A stretch of 64,000 nt of DNA, from NCBI GenBank assembly GCA_047602405.1, contig JASGHJ010000002.1:1856001-1920000 (forward strand). The letters run 5' to 3'. Position 1 is the first letter of the stretch; every line of letters begins with the position of its first letter. This document shows, piece by piece, positions 1 through 10,224 of this stretch. The notes below the pieces were generated by a model that saw only the letters and a list, made by a program, of their open reading frames with translations, was not told the origin of the DNA and did not search any database. Source of the DNA: Anaeromyxobacteraceae bacterium. Lineage in GTDB: Bacteria > Myxococcota > Myxococcia > Myxococcales > Anaeromyxobacteraceae. The position numbers and the translations under genes were made by a program.

Positions 1-1193
1 GTGTGGAGCTCGCGGACGGCGAGCTCCATGAACTTCGAGGCGATGACCATCGAGACCTTGATCTCGGAGGTCGAGATCATCTCGATGTTGATGCCCGCCG
101 CGGCGAGCACCTCGAACGCCTTCGCGGCGACGCCCGCGTGGTTGCGCATGCCCACGCCGACGATGGAGACCTTCGCGATGGTCTCGTCGGTCTCGACCTT
201 CTCGGCACCGACCTCCGCCATCACCCGCTTCACGATCTCGAGGGCCTTCGCGAGGTCGGTCTTCGGGACGGTGAAGGTGAGGTCGGTCTTGCCGTGCACG
301 CCCACGTTCTGGACGATGAGGTCGACGATGATGTTGGCGTCGGCGAGCGGCTTGAAGACGCGCGAGGCGACGCCCGGCTTGTCGGACACGCCGCGCACCG
401 CGATCTTGGCCTCGCTCTTGTCGTAGGCGATGCCGCTCACCACCAGGTGTTCCATTTCGTCGTCCTCCGGGCAGACCAGCGTCCCGGGGTCCTGGGTGAA
501 GCTCGACTTCACCCAGAGCGGGACGGCGTACTTCATGGCGAACTCGACCGAGCGGATGTGCAGCACCTTGGCGCCGGCGCCGGCGAGCTCGAGCATCTCC
601 TCGTAGGAGATGCGGTCGAGCTTGCGGGCCTCCGGCACGATGTTCGGGTCGGTGGTGTAGACGCCGTCGACGTCGGTGTAGATCTCGCAGGCGTCGGCGT
701 TGATGGCGGCGGCGACGGCGACCGCGGTCGTGTCGGAGCCGCCGCGGCCGAGCGTCGTGATGTTGCCGTCCGCGTCCTCGCCCTGGAACCCGGCCACCAC
801 GGCGATCTCGCCCTTGTCGAGCGCCGCCATCAGGCGCTCCTTGTCGATCGACTGGATGCGGGCCTTCGAGAAGGCGCTGTCGGTCAGGATGCGGACCTGC
901 GGGCCGGTGAACGAGCGGGCCATCCCGCCCAGCGACTGGATCGCGAGCGCCGTGAGGCCGATGGTGACCTGCTCGCCGGTGGCGGCGACGACGTCCTGCT
1001 CGCGCTCGTCCGGCCGCGGGCTCGCGGCGTTCACGAGCTTGAGGAGGCGGTTCGTCTCGCCGGACATGGCCGAGACCACGACCACGATCTTGTTGCCGGC
1101 CTGCTGGGCGGCGAGCGCCCGCGTCGCGACGTTCCGGATGCGGTCGATGTCGGCGACGGAGGTGCCGCCGTACTTCTGCACGATGAGCGCCAC
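1..1193 (-). CDS. lysC: Aspartate kinase (3' end runs off the window)
   Basis: Reverse strand from GTG at 1193 reads [23 protein letters not shown]...[13 protein letters not shown]...[13 protein letters not shown], the aspartokinase motifs. Not in the ORF track because there is no stop inside the window. Confidence 0.95.
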   Translation of the reverse strand, partial: MALIVQKYGGTSVADIDRIRNVATRALAAQQAGNKIVVVVSAMSGETNRLLKLVNAASPRPDEREQDVVAATGEQVTIGLTALAIQSLGGMARSFTGPQVRILTDSAFSKARIQSIDKERLMAALDKGEIAVVAGFQGEDADGNITTLGRGGSDTTAVAVAAAINADACEIYTDVDGVYTTDPNIVPEARKLDRISYEEMLELAGAGAKVLHIRSVEFAMKYAVPLWVKSSFTQDPGTLVCPEDDEMEHLVVSGIAYDKSEAKIAVRGVSDKPGVASRVFKPLADANIIVDLIVQNVGVHGKTDLTFTVPKTDLAKALEIVKRVMAEVGAEKVETDETIAKVSIVGVGMRNHAGVAAKAFEVLAAAGINIEMISTSEIKVSMVIASKFMELAVRELH

Positions 1194-1347
1194 GCGGGTC
1201 CCTCGGGGAACGGCCCGGCTGACTGACCAGGGCCGGGCAGTCTAGGAACCCCTGCGGGGCCTGTCAACGCGCCGCGCCACCTCCTCGCCGCCCGGACCGC
1301 GCAGCTTTCGCTGCTTTCGCCCCGGAGGCGGGGTAGAACGCCCGGCC

Positions 1348-2885
1348 ATGCGAAGGGTCCTGCTCGACGGTGAGACGCTGAAGCTGGAGGAGGTCGTGGC
1401 CGTGGCGCGCGGTGAGGCCCGGGCGGAGCTCTCGCCCGACGCCCGCCTCCGGGTCCGGCGGTCGCGCGCGCTCGTCGAGGCGCGGCTCGAGGACGGCGAG
1501 CCGCACTACGGCATCAACACCGGCTTCGGCACCCTCGCCGAGGTCCGCATCGACCGCGCCGACCTCGAGAAGCTGCAGCGCAACCTCGTGCTCTCCCACG
1601 CCGCCGGCGTCGGCGCGCCCCTGCCCCTCCACGAGGCGCGCGCGCTCATCGTGCTGCGCGCGAACGTGCTCGCGAAGGGCGCCTCGGGGATCCGCGAGCA
1701 GACGCTCGACCTCCTCGTGCAGATGCTCGAGAAGGGCATCGTCCCGTACGTGCCCGAGCGCGGCTCGGTGGGCGCCTCGGGCGACCTCGCGCCGCTCGCG
1801 CACCTCGCGCTCGCGGTGATCGGCGAGGGCGAGGTGTTCTGGGCGCCCCCGGGCGCCGAGCCCGCCCGGATGTCCGCGGGGGAGGCGCTCGCGAGGGCGG
1901 GGCTGAAGCCGGCGGTGCTCGAGCCGAAGGAGGGCCTCGCGCTCGTGAACGGCACGCAGGCGATGGCGGCCGTGGGCACCCACGCGCTCGTCCGCGCCGA
2001 GCGGCTCGCCCGCGTGGCCGACCTCGCCGGGGCCATGACGCTCGAGGGGCTCCTCGGCTCGCACCGGCCCTTCGAGCCGGCCATCCAGGCGGTGCGCGGG
2101 CAGCCCGGGCAGATCGAGGCCGCCGCGCACCTCCGGGCGCTGCTGCAGGCTCGGAGATCAACGCCTCGCACCAGGGCCCCGACTGCCACAAGGTGCAGGA
2201 CCCCTACTCGCTCCGCTGCATGCCGCAGGTGCACGGCGCCGCGCGCGACGGGATCGGCTTCGCCCGCGGCGTGCTCGCCCGGGAGATCAACGCGGCGACC
2301 GACAACCCGCTCGTCTTCCCGGGCGACTCCGGGAACCCCGCCGACGGCGACATCGTGTCCGGCGGCAACTTCCACGGCCAGCCGGTGGCGCTCGCGCTCG
2401 ACGTGCTCGCGATCGCGATCTCGCACCTCGCCGCGATCTCCGAGCGGCGCGTCGAGCAGCTCGTGAACCCGTCGCTCTCGAACCTCCCGCCGTTCCTGGC
2501 GCCGAACCCGGGGCTCAACTCGGGCTACATGATCGCGCAGGTCACCTCGGCGGCGCTCGTCTCCGAGAACAAGGTGCTCTGCCACCCGGCCTCGGTGGAC
2601 TCGATCCCGTCGTCGGCCGGCCGCGAGGACCACGTCTCGATGGGCATGGCCGCGGCGCTGAAGGCCCGCCAGGTCGTCGAGAACGTCCGCACCTGCCTCG
2701 CGATCGAGCTCCTCGTCGCGGCGCAGGCGATCGACCTGCGCAAGCCGCTCCAGCCGGCCGCGCGGATCGCCGAGGCGCACGCGAAGATCCGCGCGGTCGC
2801 GCCCCGCCTCGAGGCGGACCGCACGCTGCACAAGGACATCGAGGCGGTCGCGCGGCTGGTGGACGACGGGGAGCTGGACCTGTAG
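1348..2885 (+). CDS. hutH: Histidine ammonia-lyase (one apparent 1-nt deletion at ~2149)
   Basis: [22 protein letters not shown] (MIO Ala-Ser-Gly) and [10 protein letters not shown] in ORF 1348; [18 protein letters not shown] and EDHVSMG in ORF 2193..2885. Adding one G at CAGG(G)CTCG joins the two frames. Confidence 0.93.
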
Positions 2886-2961
2886 CGCGAGGAGCGGCAC
2901 GGCGCCTCCGGCCGCGCTATGACCCGGGGCGAGCCGGGACCCCGACCGGGAGGATCACCCC

Positions 2962-3234
2962 GTGTGCCGCAACATCCGCGTCCTCTACCACTTCGAGCCC
3001 CCCACCACCCCCGAGGAGGTGCAGGCTGCGGCGCTGCAGTACGTCCGGAAGGTGAGCGGCCTGCCGAAGCCGTCCGCGGCGGACCACGCCGCCTTCGACC
3101 GCGCGGTCCGCGAGGTCGCCCGGGCGACCGAGAAGCTGCTCGAGGGGCTCACGGCGCAGACGGCCGTGCGTACCCGCGAGGGAGAGCGCGAGAAGGCGCG
3201 GGCCCGGTTCGAGCGCCGCAGCCGCAGCTCTTAG
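2962..3234 (+). CDS. DUF2277-family small protein
   Basis: MCRNIRVLYHFEPPTTPEEVQAAALQYVRKVSG matches the family's characteristic N-terminus; GGGAGG RBS upstream. Confidence 0.85.
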   Translation: MCRNIRVLYHFEPPTTPEEVQAAALQYVRKVSGLPKPSAADHAAFDRAVREVARATEKLLEGLTAQTAVRTREGEREKARARFERRSRSS

Positions 3235-5063
3235 GCGTGGGCGGCCGGCGCCCCCGCGACGGGCGGTGAGGCCTCGTCGTCGACCGGCTCGGCGACCGGG
3301 AGCCTGACGCGGAACTCGGCGCCTCGCCCCGCCCCGGCGCTGTGGGCCTCGACCTCGCCTCCGTGCAGGACCGCGATCCCCTTCACGAGCGCGAGGCCGA
3401 GCCCGAGCCCGCCGTGGGCGCGTCCGGGGCCCAGCGGACCCTGCGTGAACGGCTCGAAGAGCGAGTCGATCACCTCGGGGGCGATGCCTGCGCCGGTGTC
3501 CACGACCGAGACGATCGCCTGGTCCCCCTCGAGCTCGAGCCCGAGCCGGACGGCGCCCCCGCGCGGCGTGAAGCGGGCCGCGTTCTGCAGGAGGTTGCGC
3601 AGCACCTGCGAGAGGCGGACCTCGTCGCCGCTCAGCGGCACGGGTGACGCGGGCATCGCGACCGTCAGGCTCACCCCGGCGTCCTCGAACTGCGCGCGGT
3701 GGTCCTCCCCCGCGCGGCGGACGACCTCGGCGAGATCGAGCGGCCGCTTCAGGAGCTGGATCTTCCCGCGGGCGATCCGGCTCACGTCGAGGAGGTCGTC
3801 GACGAGCCGGGTGAGGTGGGCCACCTGCCGCCCGATGATCGCCTGCGACCGCCGCGACGGCTCGGAGCCCGGCGGCACGCGCTCGAGGATCGCGAGCGAG
3901 TTGCGGATGGGCGCGAGCGGGTTCCGCAGCTCGTGGGAGAGCACGGCCAGGAACTGGTCCTTGCGGCGGTCCGCCTCCCGCAAGGACGCCATCGCGGCCT
4001 CGAGCCGGCGGCGCTCGAGCGCGAGCCCGTTCGCCATCTCGACGAACGTCCCCGAGACCGCCCGCACCTCGTCCGGCCCGGCGTCGACCGGCTCGACCGC
4101 CCGGCCCTCCTTCCAGGCGGCGGCCTGCCGGGAGAGGCGCCGGAGCGGCTCCGCAATCCAGCGCCCGATCACCACCGAGGCGACGAGCCCGCCGAGCGCG
4201 AGCACCAGCACGACCGCCCCGCGCACCGCGAGGTCCCGCCACAGGGGCGCCATCACCACCGAGACCGGCGTGGCGGCCCGGACGACCCAGCCCCCAACGC
4301 CGGCGGGCACCACCGCCGCGACGCGCCGGTCGCGCTCGATGTCCGAGACGTCGATGCCGGTCGCCTCCTCGCCCGCGAGCGCCCGGGCCACGAGCGGCAT
4401 CGACACGGGCACCTGCCGGTGGCTCCAGCCCCCGTGCTGCAGGGCGGTGCGGTGGACGAGCCGGCCGTTCCCGTCGATCACGCTCACCGTCGCCTGGCGC
4501 GGACGCAGCCCCGCGAGCGCGCGCTGATCGAGCCGGTCCGGCTCGACGACGGCGACCACCAGGTGGTCGAGGGCGCCGCGTTCGTCGCGGATGGCGATGG
4601 CGAGGCCGAACACCGGCTGGCCGTCCACCCGGGACGGGGTGATCCCGCCGAGCGCGCGCTCCGCGCCGGCCTGGATGGCCCGGAAGTAGTCGCGGTCCGA
4701 GACGTCGATGCCGACGGCGCGCGGGTCGCTCGCGGCGATCACCTTCCCTGCGGCGTCCGCCCAGAGGAACCAGCGCACGGCCGGGCGCTTCCCCGCCGCC
4801 CGCGCCAGCAAGCGACGCGTGGCCTCCCGATCGACGCCCTGCTGTGAAGCCGCCGCGCCCAGGATGGCGGCCTCGTCCCCGAGCCCGTCCACGTAGGCCT
4901 GGAACGAGGAGGCGGCCGCGCGGGCGAGGTCCAGGTTGGACGCCTCCTCCGCCTCGAGCCTCGCGCGGGACGCCCAGAGCCCGGCCGCGATCGACGTCAC
5001 CGCCATGGGCACGGCCCACGCGAGCGCAAGGAGGAGGAGCCGGCTGCGGATGGTCCGCGGCAT
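3231..5063 (-). CDS. Membrane sensor histidine kinase (Cache-like periplasmic domain, HAMP, HisKA, HATPase)
   Basis: Two TM segments, SDRDYF Cache-type motif, H-box LSHELRNPL, NLLQNA, DTGAGI, GGLGLGL. Confidence 0.92.
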   Translation of the reverse strand: MPRTIRSRLLLLALAWAVPMAVTSIAAGLWASRARLEAEEASNLDLARAAASSFQAYVDGLGDEAAILGAAASQQGVDREATRRLLARAAGKRPAVRWFLWADAAGKVIAASDPRAVGIDVSDRDYFRAIQAGAERALGGITPSRVDGQPVFGLAIAIRDERGALDHLVVAVVEPDRLDQRALAGLRPRQATVSVIDGNGRLVHRTALQHGGWSHRQVPVSMPLVARALAGEEATGIDVSDIERDRRVAAVVPAGVGGWVVRAATPVSVVMAPLWRDLAVRGAVVLVLALGGLVASVVIGRWIAEPLRRLSRQAAAWKEGRAVEPVDAGPDEVRAVSGTFVEMANGLALERRRLEAAMASLREADRRKDQFLAVLSHELRNPLAPIRNSLAILERVPPGSEPSRRSQAIIGRQVAHLTRLVDDLLDVSRIARGKIQLLKRPLDLAEVVRRAGEDHRAQFEDAGVSLTVAMPASPVPLSGDEVRLSQVLRNLLQNAARFTPRGGAVRLGLELEGDQAIVSVVDTGAGIAPEVIDSLFEPFTQGPLGPGRAHGGLGLGLALVKGIAVLHGGEVEAHSAGAGRGAEFRVRLPVAEPVDDEASPPVAGAPAAHA

Positions 5064-5161
5064 TCACGCCTCGGGCAGGTGTCGTCCCTCGCACCACGCG
5101 CGGTCACCCTGTCCGCGGATGTGAACGCACCGCGCGGCGGCCGGGATTCCCGGGGCCGGCG

Positions 5162-6247
5162 TCAGCGCACGGCGAGCCGCACGGCGCGGCGCAGCCCGGG
5201 GTAGCGCAGCCGCTCGAGCGCCTCCGCCGGCGTGAGCCACGCCTGCTCGACGTGCTCGCTCGAGAGCGCGACGCGGGCGTCCGCCGGCACCCTCGCCACG
5301 AAGGCGGTCTCCTCGACGAGCCGCACCCCGGCGCCCTTCGTGTACGAGAGGAGCGGATCGATCCCGAAACCGTGGGTGTAGCCGAGCGGCGAGACGGCGG
5401 CGTCGAGCCCGGTCTCCTCGAGGAGCTCGCGCCGGGCGGCGACCTCGGTGGCCTCGCCGGGCTCGATGCGCCCGGTGACGGGCTGCCAGAACCCTCCCCG
5501 CTCCTCGTTCCGGCGCAGGACGAGCACCTTGCCGTCCGCCCGCACGACCACCACCGAGACCGTCCGGACCTCGAGCGCGCGCTCCTCGCGGGTGCGGCCC
5601 AGGGTCTCGGCGAGGTGCCCGGCGAGCTGCTGCTCGACCGCCGCCAGCTCCGGCGCGGCCCGGCCGCGGCGCTCGAGCTCCTCCGCGAGGCTCGTCACCC
5701 CGAGGCGCGGGTCGGAGATCCCGCACGGCACGATCACCTGGAAGTGCCGCATGTCCGGGCGCACGTTGAACGCGAGCCCGTGCGAGGTGATCCAGCGCGA
5801 GAGGTGCACGCCGACCGCGCCGATCTTCTTCCAGCCCACCCAGGCGCCGCGGTGCTCCTCGTGGCGGCCCGCCTCGACGCCGTGGTCGGCGCAGGTGCGG
5901 ATCATCGCCTCCTCGAGCGCGGCCACGTACTTGCGGACGTCGGGGCGGTCGGAGAGATCGACCACCGGGTAGCCGACGATCTGGCCGGGCCCGTGGTAGG
6001 TGACGTCGCCGCCGCGGTCGGTCTCGTGGAGCTCGAAGCCCTGCGACTCGAGCCACGCCGGCGCGGCGAGGATGTTCTTCCGCTCGGCGGCGCGGCCGAG
6101 GGTGAGCACCGGGGGGTGCTCGAGCAGGAACAGCCAGTCGACGTCGGGCGGCGTCCTCGCGCGCACGGCGTCGCCCGCGAGCTTCATGAGCGCGAGCCCG
6201 TCCTGGTACTCGCAGCGGCCGAGGCGGTAGGTGCGGAGGGTCCTCAA
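5162..6247 (-). CDS. lipB: Octanoyltransferase LipB fused to a C-terminal Nudix hydrolase
   Basis: LEHPPVLTLG, DRGGDVTYHGPGQ, KIGAVG, HGLAFNV, IVPCG; then WQPVTG and Nudix box GRIEPGEATEVAARRELLEETG. Confidence 0.93.
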   Translation of the reverse strand: MRTLRTYRLGRCEYQDGLALMKLAGDAVRARTPPDVDWLFLLEHPPVLTLGRAAERKNILAAPAWLESQGFELHETDRGGDVTYHGPGQIVGYPVVDLSDRPDVRKYVAALEEAMIRTCADHGVEAGRHEEHRGAWVGWKKIGAVGVHLSRWITSHGLAFNVRPDMRHFQVIVPCGISDPRLGVTSLAEELERRGRAAPELAAVEQQLAGHLAETLGRTREERALEVRTVSVVVVRADGKVLVLRRNEERGGFWQPVTGRIEPGEATEVAARRELLEETGLDAAVSPLGYTHGFGIDPLLSYTKGAGVRLVEETAFVARVPADARVALSSEHVEQAWLTPAEALERLRYPGLRRAVRLAVR

Positions 6248-6250
6248 GCG

Positions 6251-7693
6251 CTACGCCCGCGCCTCGGCGCCGTCCTTCTTCGGGCGCTCCGGGCGGTTGA
6301 GGGCGTGGATGGCCTCGCCCAGCGCGGCCTTGCAGGCCTCCATGAAGGCCTCGGAGAGCGTCGGGTGGGCGTGGATGGTGAGCGCCACGTCCTCCACGTA
6401 GGCGCCCATCTCGAGGGCGAGGGCGGCCTCGGCGATGAGGTCGGACGCCTCGGGGCCGACCATCGTCACGCCCAGGAGGAGCTTCGTGTTCCGGTCGCCG
6501 ACGACCTTCACGAACCCCTCGGTGTGGTCGATGGCGATGGCGCGGCCGAGCGCGCCGAAGGCGAACTTGCCCACGATGGGATCGTGGCCGGCCTTCCGGG
6601 CCTCCTCCTCGCTCATCCCGACGGTGCCGATCTCCGGATCGGTGAACACGGCGCCCGGGAGCGCCTGCCAGTCGCGGGCCGACTTCATGCCGGCGATGAC
6701 CTCGGCGGCGATCTCGCCCTCCTTCGACGCCTTGTGCGCGAGGAACGGCGCGCCGGTGACGTCCCCGATGGCGAAGATCGAGGGGACGTTCGTGCGGTAC
6801 TGCGCGTCCACCTCGATGAACCCGCGCTGCGAGATCTTCACGCCGACCTTGTCGAGGCCGAGCCCGTCCGCGTTCGGGCGGAAGCCGACGCCGACGAGGA
6901 TCTTGTCGGCGGCGATGACCTCCTCCTTGCCGTCGATCTCCGCCTTCACGAGGAGCTCGCCGCCCTTCTTCTCGTAGCCCTTCGCCTTCGCGTTCACGTG
7001 GACCGTGACCTCGCGCTGGCGCAGGCCCTTCTGGACGAGCCGGACGGCCTCGGGATCGATGCCGTTCAGGATCGCCGGCAGGGCCTCGAGGAAGGTCACC
7101 TTCGTGCCGAGCTTCGCGTACACCGTGCCGAGCTCCATCCCGATGATGCCGCCGCCGATGACGACGAGGCGCTTCGGCAGCTCGGGGAGGTCGACGGCCT
7201 GCTCGGCGGTCCAGACGTCCTTGCCGTCGTGCTTGAAGCCCGGGATCTCGATGGGCCGCGCGCCCGTCGCGACGATGAAGGCGCCCGCCTCGACGCGGGT
7301 GGCCTGGCCGTTCTCCACGACCTCGACGGCGTTCGGGGCGACGAAGGTCGCGGTGCCCTTGATGACCTCGACGCCGTTGCCCTTCTCGAGCTGGCCGACG
7401 CCGCCGACGAGCTTCTTCACGACCTTGTTCTTGAACTCGCGGAGCTTCGCGATGTCGACCTTCGGCGCGTCGACGAGGATGCCGCGGTCGGCGGCGCCCT
7501 TCACCTCCTCGACGAGGTTCGCGGCGGCGATGAGCGCCTTCGAGGGGATGCACCCCCAGTTCAGGCAGACGCCGCCGAGCGCGCCCTTGTCGACGAGGGC
7601 GGTCTTCTTCCCGAGCTGCGCGAGGCGGATGGCGGCGACGTAGCCGCCGGGGCCCGCACCGATCACGACGGCGTCGAAGGTCTTCTGGGTCAT
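6251..7693 (-). CDS. lpdA: Dihydrolipoyl dehydrogenase (E3)
   Basis: MTQKTFDAVVIGAGPGGYVAAIR, redox disulfide GGVCLNWGCIPSK, C-terminal HAHPTLSE. True start is ATG 7693, inside the long track ORF. Confidence 0.96.
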   Translation of the reverse strand: MTQKTFDAVVIGAGPGGYVAAIRLAQLGKKTALVDKGALGGVCLNWGCIPSKALIAAANLVEEVKGAADRGILVDAPKVDIAKLREFKNKVVKKLVGGVGQLEKGNGVEVIKGTATFVAPNAVEVVENGQATRVEAGAFIVATGARPIEIPGFKHDGKDVWTAEQAVDLPELPKRLVVIGGGIIGMELGTVYAKLGTKVTFLEALPAILNGIDPEAVRLVQKGLRQREVTVHVNAKAKGYEKKGGELLVKAEIDGKEEVIAADKILVGVGFRPNADGLGLDKVGVKISQRGFIEVDAQYRTNVPSIFAIGDVTGAPFLAHKASKEGEIAAEVIAGMKSARDWQALPGAVFTDPEIGTVGMSEEEARKAGHDPIVGKFAFGALGRAIAIDHTEGFVKVVGDRNTKLLLGVTMVGPEASDLIAEAALALEMGAYVEDVALTIHAHPTLSEAFMEACKAALGEAIHALNRPERPKKDGAEARA

Positions 7694-7754
7694 AGGGGTC
7701 TCCGGTCGTTCCGGGGGCCTTCGTATAGCGCGGAGGACCCTCCCGAAACAGGGC

Positions 7755-9552
7755 CTATTTGTGGTGGAGTTCCGAGGAGATCCAGGCGTCGATCCGCCGC
7801 TCCAGCACGTCGAGCGGCAGGGTGCCCGCGAGCAGCACCGCGTCGTGGAAGCCCCGGACGTCGAAGCGCGGGCCGAGCGCCCTCTCCGCGCGCGTGCGCA
7901 GCTCGCGGATCCTGAGCTGGCCGACCTTGTACGCGAGGGCCTGGCCGGGCGTCGCGATGTACCGGTCGATTCTCGTTCGTCGCGTCGAGCTCCTGGCGCG
8001 GCGAGTTCTCGAGGAAGTACGCGAGCGCCCGATCTCGGGTCCAGCCCTTCAGGTGCATGCCGGTGTCGACGACGAGCCGCACCGCCCGCCACATCTCGTA
8101 GGCGAGCTGGCCGAAGGCATCGTACGGGTCCTCGTAGAGCCCGAGCTCGTAGCCGAGCGTCTCGCAGTACAGCGCCCAGCCCTCGCCGAAGGCCATGTGG
8201 TAGCCGTAGCGCCGGAACTCGGGCAGCCCCGGCGCCTCGAAGGCGAGCGCGGTCTGCAGGTGGTGCCCGGGCACGGCCTCGTGCAGCGTGAGCGGCACCA
8301 TCTCCCAGATCGGGCGGGTCTCGGGGCGGTAGAGGTTGACGAGGTACGTGCCGGCCCTGGAGCCGTCCATCGCGCCCTGGAAGTAGAAGCCGGTGGTCGC
8401 GTCGGGCGCCATCGCCGCGGGCGTGGGCTCGACGCCGTACGGCATGCGCGGCAGGGTGCGGAAGAGCTTCACGAGCGTGGGGTCGATGCGCTTCGCGAGG
8501 TCGCGGTAGTGGCGCAGGAGCGCCTCGGGCGTCGGCTCGTAGAAGCGCGGGTCCTTGCGCAGGAACGCGAAGAACTCGGCGAGGCTGCCCTTGAAGCCGG
8601 TGCTCGCCTTCACGCGCTCCATCTCGCCGCGCAGGCGCGCGACCTCGGAGAGGCCGAGCTGGTGCAGCGTCTCCGGCGCGAGGTCGGTGGTCGTCGAGCG
8701 GCGGGCCCAGTACGCGTAGAGCTTCTCGCCGTCCTTCCACCGACCGATGCCGACCGCCTCTGGCGCCGCCGGGACGTAGACGTCGCCGAGGAAAGCGCGG
8801 AAGCGCGCGAGCGCGGGGCGCACCACGTCGTTCACCGCCGCCGCGGCCGCCTTCGCGAGCCGCGCCTGGTCGGCCGCCGGCACCGACGCGGGCATGTGCA
8901 CGAACGGTTCGTACCAGCCGCTCTTCTCGAGCGGCTCGGCGAGCTGCCGGTCCACCTGCCCCGGGATGCGCTCGAGCACGACCTTCGCCGGCACCATCCC
9001 GCGGGCCACGCCCTCCTTCAGGAGCGCGACGGTCTGGTCGACGTAGGTGCCGAACGACTCGAGCCGCTGCAGCCACTCCTCGTGGTCGGCGACCGTCTCG
9101 AAGCGCAGCTGGCCGGCGAGCTCGTAGGCGGCCTGCACGCCGGGGAGCTGGCGCACGCCCTCCGGGAGCCCGGCCTGCGGGCTGACCGCGACGGCGTGCC
9201 AGCCGAGATCGTGGGCCTCGGCCCAGAGCTGGTGGTCCCGGCGGAGGAGCTCGGCGTTCAGGCGGTCCTCGGCGGAGAGCTTGCCCGCGAGGAGCGCGTC
9301 GAGCTTCTTCACGAGCTCGCCGTCGTGCTTCCGGCGCGCCGCGATGGCGTCGGCGGAGAGATTGTCCCAGCGGCCGTTCCAGCGGCGGTCGCCGATGATC
9401 GAGGCGTAGGTGGGCGACTCGTGGAGCTCGTGGTTCCAGTCGTCCGCGATGAGCTTCGCGAGCACGGGGGACTCCGTCGGTTTCCTGGAGGGTGCGCCCG
9501 GGGGCGCTGCGACGAGAAGCGCGGCGGCCACGGCGAGGGGGAGCGAACTCAT
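7755..9552 (-). CDS. DUF885-family secreted putative metallopeptidase (apparent +1 insertion at ~7970)
   Basis: Signal peptide, [30 protein letters not shown]. Removing one base restores [19 protein letters not shown]...LPLDVLE, ending at TAG 7755. Confidence 0.88.
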
Positions 9553-9609
9553 CGACAGGGTGTAACATGGCAGGCACTCCAGTTCAGGCGTCGCCGCCCG
9601 GAGGATCCT

Positions 9610-10224
9610 CTGCCCTCGCGTGTCCTCGTCCTTGCCTGCCTCACCCTCTCGGTCTGTCCGGCCTCGGCCCGGGGCGCGGGAGGCGGACCGGTCTGGATCG
9701 TGGGGACCGGCTGGGACCACGGGTTCAGCCAGATTGCCGAGGTCCGGTTCACGAACGGCGCCACCTCCACGCTCGAGGCGAACGGCGGCTACACCACCTA
9801 CGCCGGCGCCTCCTTCCTGCCGGCCCTCGACGGGCGGCTCGCGACCCGGGTGACCGCCGGGTTCAAGTACGACGCCATCCGGGCGCGCAACGGATCGGTG
9901 AGCTACCGCGCCTTCCCGCTCGAGGTGAGCGAGCGGCTCGATCTCGGCCCGCTGCGCCTCGGCCTCGGCGCGTCCCTCGTGGTGGGGCCCCGGCTCTCCG
10001 GGCGGCTCGACTCGCAGTCGGCCCACCAGGACCTCAGGACCTCGCTCGGGCTCGTCGGCCGCCTCGCCTGCGCCTTCCCCTGCCCGAGCGGTGCCTGCGA
10101 GCTCGAGCTCGGCGCGCGCGGCGTGCTGCAGCGGTTCCAGGCCTCCTCGGGCGGCCCCGCGACCGACGCGAACGCGATCGGGCTCTACGCCGAGGTCCAC
10201 CTCGGCGGCGGGAGGAAGCCGTGA
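9610..10224 (+). CDS. Secreted hypothetical protein, possibly a small outer-membrane beta-barrel (start uncertain)
   Basis: Signal-like N-terminus, then alternating hydrophobic strands (RVTAGFKYD, LRLGLGASL, AIGLYAEVHL). The stop overlaps the next GTG (GTGA). Possible CTG start after GAGGA. Confidence 0.55.
   Translation: MPSRVLVLACLTLSVCPASARGAGGGPVWIVGTGWDHGFSQIAEVRFTNGATSTLEANGGYTTYAGASFLPALDGRLATRVTAGFKYDAIRARNGSVSYRAFPLEVSERLDLGPLRLGLGASLVVGPRLSGRLDSQSAHQDLRTSLGLVGRLACAFPCPSGACELELGARGVLQRFQASSGGPATDANAIGLYAEVHLGGGRKP

Noticed and set aside
3..1226. Long + strand ORFs over lysC, and many similar long ORFs (e.g. 4844..7915, 22449..24767, 29294..31633, 59742..61484)
   Set aside because: These are antisense or shadow frames of well-supported genes. 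High GC3 suppresses stop codons, and the translations are low-complexity Arg/Gly/Ala-rich.
1348..2885. hutH and the other split genes as true pseudogenes
   Set aside because: Single small indels with no other decay, including in core genes, fit sequencing error better.
6251..9577. Apparent 1108-aa fusion upstream of lpdA
   Set aside because: Off-frame read-through of the DUF885 gene; the real lpdA starts at 7693.
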